Shown piece by piece: positions 8,387 to 15,882 of a stretch of 27,130 nucleotides of DNA. This DNA comes from a virus. Its lineage: Duplodnaviria > Caudoviricetes. The notes beneath the pieces were generated by a model. That model had not been told where the DNA came from, did no database searches, and saw only the letters and a list, made by a program, of their open reading frames with translations. The translations under genes and the position numbers were made by a program. The number at the start of each line of letters is the position of its first letter. Position 1 is the stretch's first letter. The stretch is taken from positions 1-27,130 of IMG/VR virus record IMGVR_UViG_3300032233_000937. The stretch is one strand, 5' to 3'.

Positions 8387-9305
8387 TAGACATAGCCGCC
8401 CTGTGGTTGCTTCCCGCGTGGGATTGCAGGCCCACTTCCTCAGTGATGGCGAGTATGTAGATCCTTTTGAAATCAGTGCAGTAACCATCTATGCAAGATC
8501 AGGTAATCTGTATCCTTCCTCACTTCTTGCTTCATCTGATAACCTGCTAGATCCAACTTTAAGTTCATTAATATTAATGAACTTCCATAATTATGAAGCT
8601 AATACTTCCAGCGTTTATTATGATGCTTCTAATTTTGCCGAAGGATCTGATGGTATATTTAAGACTGGAGTTGGAAAGTATATTGTCGTCCTGGATGGGA
8701 GGGCTAACTCAGATCAAATAGGTTTAATTAATTTAAACGATATTGATACTGAGATTCAAAATTCAGTGTCTGCCACAGGAGATTACTTGGATGCTTGGAC
8801 CATCAGAATGTATGAAAATTCTGATCTTCAAGTGGTCTTTAATGACTTTAGTTTACGCAAAGGTGGGTTTACTGTAGTCACCGAACCTTTGATGGTAAAG
8901 TCTAAGAGCAGGCTGGTAAATAGCAAGATAACTCTTGGATCAAAGGTGGATATTAAAGTAGCTACAGATATCCACGTAGAGAATACGACGATTGATTCCT
9001 CAATAAAGAACTTACTAAGGGAAACTCTAATAAGCAATACATCTATTGAAATTCAAAAATACAACGATGCAATAACTCTTCCTGCTCGCATAACAGTATC
9101 ATCGTTCGCAGATACCTCCGCTAGCGTGCAAGTAGTTGGAGACAATGTGATGATCCTAACCTGGGACACGAATGAGTTATCAACACATCCTGAACTATTA
9201 GCAGGAAACTTTGGATCAATTCAAGGTGTGTATTGCATTAGAGCAAAATATGATATCCTTAATCAGACTATCATATCTGATCCAATGTATCTAATGATCT
9301 CATAG
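8358..9305 (+). CDS. Hypothetical beta-rich protein, possibly virion-associated (315 aa)
   Basis: Long ORF, acidic and beta-strand-like composition; no catalytic motif recognised. Confidence 0.6.
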   Translation: MLLNNINVSDRHSRPVVASRVGLQAHFLSDGEYVDPFEISAVTIYARSGNLYPSSLLASSDNLLDPTLSSLILMNFHNYEANTSSVYYDASNFAEGSDGIFKTGVGKYIVVLDGRANSDQIGLINLNDIDTEIQNSVSATGDYLDAWTIRMYENSDLQVVFNDFSLRKGGFTVVTEPLMVKSKSRLVNSKITLGSKVDIKVATDIHVENTTIDSSIKNLLRETLISNTSIEIQKYNDAITLPARITVSSFADTSASVQVVGDNVMILTWDTNELSTHPELLAGNFGSIQGVYCIRAKYDILNQTIISDPMYLMIS

Positions 9306-10251
9306 TATCCCACTCATTCAGGTCGAAGTGCTTGTAGCTTTTTAGATAATCATGAAGCATTTGTTGGTTTTTGACAAATGCTTCATTCCAATCCTTGAAG
9401 CCTGAGGGGGGGAAGCAGTAGCTGAATCCTGGCATTCTAGCTCTTCTACGGCGAAGCTCAAACGTGCGCAAACCATCTAACCCAGCACGATCATTGTCGT
9501 AAGCCACTACGATCTTGCCTTGATAGTATTTCAGTTGTTCTAGCTGCGCCATAGAGACATGGCAAGAAATTGTAGTGGTGGCGTTGAATCCCATTAACTG
9601 TAATGACATCGCATCAATAGCACCCTCGCACACGTAGAGAGGATCAGTCGAGTCGTATTTGAAGGGGAATAGAACTGAAGACGACTTCATGCCTTTGAAG
9701 TTCAAATACTTAGGATTCTGATTGGATAAGGTTCTACCTTGGAAGAAGAATACCTTGTCTCGGTTTCGATAGGGTATAATCAATCTTCCGTAATAAAGAC
9801 CTTGATCTGCGACGTAGAAGTCTCCATATTCTACGATGCCACGGTCGATTAGAGCCGTAATCGCCTGGGAGTTATAGTGGCAAGAAGTATTGGCAAAGTC
9901 TAGCTTCTTAAAATCTTGGGCAAATAACTTATTAAGTTCTTCCTCAGTATTATTCTTACTCTCTGGAGCAGGCTTAACTTCTTCGGCAAAAAACTCATCG
10001 ACCAAGAACTTCTGATAAGCTAACTTGTAAGTTAATCTTTCAAGTTGGGAATATAGGTGAATAAAGTTGCCCTTTTCACCAGATTTAAAGCACTGCCAAA
10101 GCCCAGTATCTAAATTAATTGACATGTGGCGCTTGGCATCACTATCTAAAAAGATAGATGGGATAATCATTTCCCGGCCACTGCTAATTAATTTATACTT
10201 TCCCTCGAATTTTTTAATTAAGTAGTCTCTAATATAGTTTGAGGAAATCAT
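9271..10251 (-). CDS. DnaG-type (TOPRIM) DNA primase (326 aa)
   Basis: GRLIIP..FQGR...PKYLN catalytic core, TOPRIM VCEGAIDAMSL and AYDNDRAG, KDWNE; N-terminal WQCFKSGEKGN remnant of the zinc-binding domain. Confidence 0.9.
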   Translation of the reverse strand: MISSNYIRDYLIKKFEGKYKLISSGREMIIPSIFLDSDAKRHMSINLDTGLWQCFKSGEKGNFIHLYSQLERLTYKLAYQKFLVDEFFAEEVKPAPESKNNTEEELNKLFAQDFKKLDFANTSCHYNSQAITALIDRGIVEYGDFYVADQGLYYGRLIIPYRNRDKVFFFQGRTLSNQNPKYLNFKGMKSSSVLFPFKYDSTDPLYVCEGAIDAMSLQLMGFNATTTISCHVSMAQLEQLKYYQGKIVVAYDNDRAGLDGLRTFELRRRRARMPGFSYCFPPSGFKDWNEAFVKNQQMLHDYLKSYKHFDLNEWDTMRSLDTLDQI

Positions 10252-11056
10252 GTTTTTAGACCGATTAAGTAATACAAAATCCGACGTAATAGATCAGTGC
10301 TTGCTCAAGTATGACTATAGATACATAAGGAAGCTTCCGGGCTACCCATCAAAAAACGAGGACGCATTGGACTTCGGAACCTATATTCACAGAATTTTTG
10401 AGCTTGGTCATACCGAGAATCATATCTCGGCGCTAGAGAAAATTGCAGAAAATATTAAAAAAGATTATAAAGTCCCATTAGTTTATAAAGATCGCATAAC
10501 CCAATGCTTAACTAACTTTATGAGATTCAATGCTGGGCTGGGGGAAACTCTAGCTGTTGAGCATGAGTTCTCAGTCGAATTAGCCGAGGGAATTAAGTAT
10601 AATGGCTTTATCGACCGCATCGTCCGGGGAGACAAGGGTGGACTGCTTATAATCGACTACAAGACCTCCAAAAGAGAGAAGAGCAAGATAGACCTATCCA
10701 GAGATAAACAACTCATGGGATACGCCTTCGCGGTCGCCAAGGAGTTCAATATACCCCTCAATGAGATTTGGTGTGCCCACTACTATCCGCTCTCGGATAA
10801 TTTAGTGGCAGTTAAGTTCCCTCAATCAGCCATCAATATGTGGCGTGAGAAGGAAGTTAATAAGGTCTGGAAGGTTAGAAAAAAGAAGAAGGATGAGTTC
10901 CCTGCTATGCAGAACGAGTTCTGTGACTGGTGCGAATATAAGCCTCTGTGCCCATTATTTAATCAGGAGTGCGATGTTAAGCAGAGGTTGGTGGAGCAGG
11001 ATATCCTAAAGAAGTCTCAATCCAAGGAGGAGAGCTTACCCAAAATTAGTGGGTGA
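10250..11056 (+). CDS. PD-(D/E)XK RecB/AddB/Cas4-like exonuclease with a four-Cys Fe-S motif (268 aa)
   Basis: LS...C17..KY.YRY, FGTYIH, E (VEHEF), GFIDRI, IIDYKT, QLMGY (QxxxY), C225-D-W-C228-x5-C234; GAGG SD 5 nt upstream of the ATG. Confidence 0.88.
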   Translation: MFLDRLSNTKSDVIDQCLLKYDYRYIRKLPGYPSKNEDALDFGTYIHRIFELGHTENHISALEKIAENIKKDYKVPLVYKDRITQCLTNFMRFNAGLGETLAVEHEFSVELAEGIKYNGFIDRIVRGDKGGLLIIDYKTSKREKSKIDLSRDKQLMGYAFAVAKEFNIPLNEIWCAHYYPLSDNLVAVKFPQSAINMWREKEVNKVWKVRKKKKDEFPAMQNEFCDWCEYKPLCPLFNQECDVKQRLVEQDILKKSQSKEESLPKISG

Positions 11057-11310
11057 TAGATGCTAACATCTATAGCATCAAAGAAGTTTCTTACCTGAGC
11101 CGAGGAGTATCCGCACTTATTGGATAGGTGTTTAAATAGGGATTCTAGCTTTATTGGCTTCCTATCCTTCAAGGATTTAATTACTTTACCTTGAAACTCC
11201 TTAAGGAACTTAACACTGAATCTAAACTTCCACTTATCAATGAACTCTTCACTTAAAGTAAAGTTAACTAAATCAATAAAATCAACAATTTCCGTATCTA
11301 TATTACTCAT
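11017..11310 (-). CDS. Hypothetical protein (97 aa)
   Basis: ATG-initiated ORF filling otherwise empty space; helical, aromatic/basic composition; no motif recognised. Confidence 0.65.
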   Translation of the reverse strand: MSNIDTEIVDFIDLVNFTLSEEFIDKWKFRFSVKFLKEFQGKVIKSLKDRKPIKLESLFKHLSNKCGYSSAQVRNFFDAIDVSIYHPLILGKLSSLD

Positions 11311-11343
11311 AAAGGGTTAAATATACCAAAATTAATTTGATAT

Positions 11344-11357
11344 CTAATACATATTAG
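11344..11357. promoter_or_regulatory. Inverted repeat in the AT-rich divergent intergenic region
   Basis: CTAATA-CA-TATTAG (extends to TCTAATA/TATTAGA at 11343-11358); a second AT palindrome TTAAAA-A-TTTTAA at 11370-11382. Confidence 0.3.
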
Positions 11358-11465
11358 AGGCGACAGCTATTAAAAATTTTAAGGAATTTAAAAATTAAAG
11401 CAAAACTAAATGCCCCGCCCGACTTTGAAGCTTATTCCGACTGGGAAGAAGATGTTGATTTTACA

Positions 11466-11960
11466 ATGGAAAACGACGACATCTCCGAGGCGGAATCCCT
11501 TGTTCCTATTGAGTTTAGGTTAATTTATAGGAATATGAATGATGGAGAGAAGCGGAAAGAAGGTTACGACCTAACTTATGTCAGAACCACTAAAATGGCT
11601 CTGAGGGAGGGGGATTTGTGTTATGTAGTTTATAAGAAAGAGGAAAGACCAAGACTCTTACTTATTGTAGATAATGAAATTAGCGTCAACGGGAGATGGA
11701 CTGCCAGAACTACTAGAAACAGATTAATTAATGGATTTCAGTTAGACTCAGTAGATAGAATTAAATACGAATTAATATTTGAAAGATTCTTTAATAGACG
11801 TTTCGTAACCTACAGTGAAAAAACAGCATTAAAATTATTCTTTGGAAACATAAAATATAGGACTCTAATAATTAAGTCGGTTGATGTAGCGGTCCTAAAG
11901 CTGGTTGAAATTAAAAGAGATTTACTACTAGGTAGTAGAAAGAATAGGTATGGCAGATAA
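11466..11960 (+). CDS. Hypothetical protein, possibly distant T4 gp2 DNA end protector-like (164 aa or longer)
   Basis: Basic protein with GDLCYVVY..RLLLIV..NGFQL..KYRTL spacing reminiscent of gp2-like proteins (weak). Frame is open upstream to 11358. Overlaps the tape measure start by 11 nt. Confidence 0.5.
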   Translation: MENDDISEAESLVPIEFRLIYRNMNDGEKRKEGYDLTYVRTTKMALREGDLCYVVYKKEERPRLLLIVDNEISVNGRWTARTTRNRLINGFQLDSVDRIKYELIFERFFNRRFVTYSEKTALKLFFGNIKYRTLIIKSVDVAVLKLVEIKRDLLLGSRKNRYGR

Positions 11961-14247
11961 TACAGCAGATAACAATTTAAATAGATTTAATAAAAAGATG
12001 AAGGAGGCTCTAGGGCCACTTACCAGCTTAGTAACTACAATCAAATCCTTTGAAAGATCATTTAAGAAGTTCTCTGTTACATTTAATGAATCTACTAAAT
12101 TGCTTAATATGGCAAACTTTGGTAAAAAGCTTACTAAGGTTACAGATTTATTAGGTGAATCAGGAAAGCAACTGAAGTCAATCTTTGATAAATTAAATAA
12201 GATCAATAATTCTATAAATACAAACAATTATAATAATCAACAAAATCAAAATCCAAATCAAAATCCAAGTTCAGTAAAAGGAATGCTGGATTTAATTTAT
12301 TTAGTTAAAGAAATCAATAAAATAAAAGTCCCAGGTTCAACTCCCGGACCACTAATAAATTTTGTTGATGCATTGAAAGGAATTGACCCAGCTAAAGTTA
12401 AGGATACCACTAAAGTTTTTGAGGAGATGGTAAGCAATCTAACTGGAGCTAACCCAGATATAAAAACTTCAGAAGAGGTATTTAAACTTTTACAAAATAC
12501 AATTAAAAATTTAGGAAGTAATGATACTCCAGAGTTGCAAGCAGCTTTAGGTAATTTAACTTTATATTTTGATGCAGTTAAGGATGCTGCGAATCAAGCT
12601 GCAGCAGCCGCAGCCGCAGCAGCGGCTGCTCCAACAACGACTGATATTCTAGAAGATTATCTAAAGAAAGTAACTCCACCACAAAATAAATTTGATAAGT
12701 TATTAAATAAATTTGATGATTTTTCTGATAGTTTATCACAGAGTATTGCTGAAATGATGGCAATGACTGTTAACAATAAAAAAGGTGGGCCTCAAAGTGC
12801 TGAAGATTACGAAGAAGCAATTCAAAAAAGTTTAATACAATTACAGTCGATGGCGGATAGATCTAAAGATATACTTGATGATCAGATAGACAGATTCAAT
12901 GAAATGAACATGCAAGCTTTAGCTACTGGAGCAACTCAAGCCGATATGATGGCTAAAGTATCTACTGAGTTTGGTATGTCTTTAGGTGATATGGCTGAAG
13001 AATTTATACTATTACGCGAAGTTGGTATCAATAAATTAAATTCAGGAACTCAAAAATTAATTAGTCAAATGAAGTTGACGGGTCAGGATACGGCTGGCTT
13101 GAGAATTTTGATGAGTGAGAATACTTCTAAGCTATTACTAAATAGAAATCAATCAGAACTACTGGTGAATGCCTTAGATGAGACTGCTAAAAAATATGGC
13201 GACAGCACAGAGCATGTAGTTGATTCCTTAAATCAGATGGCGGAATCCTTAGGAGCTATACAATACTTGGCTCCAGGAAATACTGCTATGGCGGAAGGTA
13301 TTGCTCAGTTAACTGCACAGCTAAAGAATGGTAATGATAGGATAGTTCAACAAGCACTGTCGTTTGCAATGAATCCAGATAACTTGCAAACAGCAATCGC
13401 TTTGGGAATGACGGATGCTATTCAAAAATTCCAAACAGCTTCCACGGGTGCCGAGGCTGCCGCTGCTGCAATGGAAATTATTAGAAAGGGTGCAGGATCA
13501 TTCAGGGAAAAAACTTCGGCTATTGCTGCAGGACCCATGGGTCAAAAGCAACTTCAAATGATGGGGGAAGCATTAGGTGGGACTGAACAACTAATTCAAT
13601 TAGAGCAGGCTGCAAAGTCTTTACAAAATATTGATATTAATACTTTCCAAACTAGAAACGCTGCATACACAACTCAAGGTATTCTAAACTCTTTCTATCA
13701 ACCATTTGAAATTATTGGAAGCACAATAAGCGAAATTTATAATTGGTCTTTGCAAGTATTAGGTCCAATACTCCAACCTATAGCTAAAATTGCAGGATGG
13801 ATAGCAGCAACATTTAGCACTATTCTAGCAATAAAGGGAATACTAATTGGAATGAAGACAGCTAGAAGTGCTTTGAGTTTTTTACCCATGATAGGTAGAT
13901 TCTTGATGCCTCTAATAGCTCCATTACTAGGGTTCCTTGCACCATTACTTCCTTTCATTGCCACCATCGCCGCTATTGCCGGTCTAACATACCTAGTAAT
14001 CAAATCTATAGATAAAAAGACTCCAGATCCTTTAGTAATAACTGACAGCAGAGCTAGATTTGAGAATAGCTTTGCTAGAGTTATGAATAGTATTACTAAG
14101 TCTATATCTGGTGATTCACCTTTATCAAATAATGCTGTTGAACTAATGGGTGAGATCGTTCGTGAAAATAAACAAACTAACTCACACTTAAAGGATGTTA
14201 ATAATAATACAAGACGCCCACCTGTAACAAGGACTGCAGGGAGATAA
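11950..14247 (+). CDS. Tail tape measure protein (765 aa)
   Basis: Ala/Met/Gln/Leu-rich helical protein with long hydrophobic segments near the C-terminus (IAGWIAATF...LLPFIATIAAIAGLTYLVI); directly precedes tube-initiator, LysM, hub and spike genes. Confidence 0.75.
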   Translation: MADNTADNNLNRFNKKMKEALGPLTSLVTTIKSFERSFKKFSVTFNESTKLLNMANFGKKLTKVTDLLGESGKQLKSIFDKLNKINNSINTNNYNNQQNQNPNQNPSSVKGMLDLIYLVKEINKIKVPGSTPGPLINFVDALKGIDPAKVKDTTKVFEEMVSNLTGANPDIKTSEEVFKLLQNTIKNLGSNDTPELQAALGNLTLYFDAVKDAANQAAAAAAAAAAAPTTTDILEDYLKKVTPPQNKFDKLLNKFDDFSDSLSQSIAEMMAMTVNNKKGGPQSAEDYEEAIQKSLIQLQSMADRSKDILDDQIDRFNEMNMQALATGATQADMMAKVSTEFGMSLGDMAEEFILLREVGINKLNSGTQKLISQMKLTGQDTAGLRILMSENTSKLLLNRNQSELLVNALDETAKKYGDSTEHVVDSLNQMAESLGAIQYLAPGNTAMAEGIAQLTAQLKNGNDRIVQQALSFAMNPDNLQTAIALGMTDAIQKFQTASTGAEAAAAAMEIIRKGAGSFREKTSAIAAGPMGQKQLQMMGEALGGTEQLIQLEQAAKSLQNIDINTFQTRNAAYTTQGILNSFYQPFEIIGSTISEIYNWSLQVLGPILQPIAKIAGWIAATFSTILAIKGILIGMKTARSALSFLPMIGRFLMPLIAPLLGFLAPLLPFIATIAAIAGLTYLVIKSIDKKTPDPLVITDSRARFENSFARVMNSITKSISGDSPLSNNAVELMGEIVRENKQTNSHLKDVNNNTRRPPVTRTAGR

Positions 14248-14250
14248 TAT

Positions 14251-15588
14251 ATGTTTACTAAAAATTATAAGCCTAGATTTTTACCTGAAAGATCCTATTT
14301 GTATTTAAGATATCCTCAAGAAAAGCCAGGTAAATTTATAGATATTTACATCCCATTTTTAGAGAATATAGAAATATCTGAATCTCAAAAGCCTAATTTA
14401 TCAACTTATGATTTACTAGGGAGACCTGGAAATCTTTTTGCATATTATGGAGCAAAGTCCAGAGAACTTAAATTAAAATTCAATATTACTCTTCCAAACG
14501 TAATTGAATATTTAACTGAATATACTATGAGTTCTAAATTTGATCCAAATTACAGAATGTATAATGATAATAAGGAGTCAGAAAAACAAAGATTTAGAAC
14601 AGGTAGAAAAGGGGATATTCAAAGTAATTTAAATATAGATTTTTTTACTTTAAATTCTGATGAATTTATTGAGCTTTATAAAGATTTTGAACTTACAAAC
14701 TTAGCAGTTTCTAGAACTGCAACTGCAACTAAAGTTCAAAAAGTTGATACAAGTATTCTTAAAAAAGCCGTGAATAGAGTTTTGTTTTGGGTAGGTGCGG
14801 CAAGATCAACTGTATTAAACAATGCAACCAATACTTCTTTGGGACCCCCAACAGTTTACCTGATGCATGGGAGTATGTATAGAAATATACCATGCATTTG
14901 CACTAGTGTAAGTGTTAAACTAAAAGAAAATTATGGTTATGAATTATTGTCATTGACTCCAAGACTTATTGAAATTTCAATGGATCTCTCAGAAAATAGA
15001 GTTGGTGACTTTGGTAAATTTGAACCATTTGACCAAATTAAAGGTAATAACATTGCTGGGTGGGAAGCAATAATTAAACATGGCACCACAGACTCATATT
15101 CAAATATATACGATAAATCACCTAGGAACTTGCTAGATTATTATTATGATGGATTAATAAACAGAGCAAGAACTATAGAAGATCCTCGCACGTTTGTTCC
15201 TTATTCTTATCAGCAAACTACAGGGGCTGGGTTTAGATCTAATGAAGCTGGAACTGGTAGTGTAACTAACGATGCGGATGTAACTGCAGCTAAGTTAAAA
15301 ACTAAGTCTGATCTTTTCCAACAATCACAAGAAGGTAATGAGAATATCGACAGAAGTGGAAATCCTGATAATGATGTTTCATTAGCTAAATTTAAAACTC
15401 AGAATGATCTCGCTGGAAATAGCTTTGATATTTTAGGTCCAAATCCAGAATTAAATAATAGAACTATTGAAGCATTAAAACCAGCGAAGGGAGTTGGAAA
15501 AGATATTCCTTATCTAGGCAGAAGACCTGGACCTGGAAGAGCAGGATTTAATAAAGTTTGGGATACTAAAGATAATCCATTTAAATAA
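14251..15588 (+). CDS. Tail-tube-initiator-like baseplate protein (gp48/gp54, P2 gpU-type fold; 445 aa)
   Basis: IEISESQKPNLSTYDLLGRPGNLFAYYGAKSRELKLKF and PPTVYLMHGSMYRNIPCICTSVSV..PRLIEISMDLSE match the tube-fold pattern; canonical position after the tape measure. Confidence 0.7.
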   Translation: MFTKNYKPRFLPERSYLYLRYPQEKPGKFIDIYIPFLENIEISESQKPNLSTYDLLGRPGNLFAYYGAKSRELKLKFNITLPNVIEYLTEYTMSSKFDPNYRMYNDNKESEKQRFRTGRKGDIQSNLNIDFFTLNSDEFIELYKDFELTNLAVSRTATATKVQKVDTSILKKAVNRVLFWVGAARSTVLNNATNTSLGPPTVYLMHGSMYRNIPCICTSVSVKLKENYGYELLSLTPRLIEISMDLSENRVGDFGKFEPFDQIKGNNIAGWEAIIKHGTTDSYSNIYDKSPRNLLDYYYDGLINRARTIEDPRTFVPYSYQQTTGAGFRSNEAGTGSVTNDADVTAAKLKTKSDLFQQSQEGNENIDRSGNPDNDVSLAKFKTQNDLAGNSFDILGPNPELNNRTIEALKPAKGVGKDIPYLGRRPGPGRAGFNKVWDTKDNPFK

Positions 15589-15590
15589 TT

Positions 15591-15881
15591 ATGAATCATA
15601 TTAATCATTACGTTTTTGGAGTATTAGAAGTTAAACATCGTGACAAGGTTTTAAAAACTTCTTTGAACTCACCAGATTTTGAATCTTTTTCAGAGTCTCT
15701 ACCATTTAAAAATTTTGAAGTTGGCTACGTTCCTGCAGGATATGAGCATCGCCCAGATTTAATTTCAGATTTATTCTATAATACAGTAACGTATGATTGG
15801 TTGATAATGTTATTCAATAATATATACGACCCATTTCAACAATTAAATGTTGGTGATAGAATTTTAATACCACAACTATAG
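15591..15881 (+). CDS. LysM-like baseplate wedge protein (T4 gp53 / P2 gpX-like; 96 aa)
   Basis: HRPDLISDLFY....WLIMLFNNIYDPF..LNVGDRILIP. Confidence 0.85.
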   Translation: MNHINHYVFGVLEVKHRDKVLKTSLNSPDFESFSESLPFKNFEVGYVPAGYEHRPDLISDLFYNTVTYDWLIMLFNNIYDPFQQLNVGDRILIPQL

Positions 15882-15882
15882 T

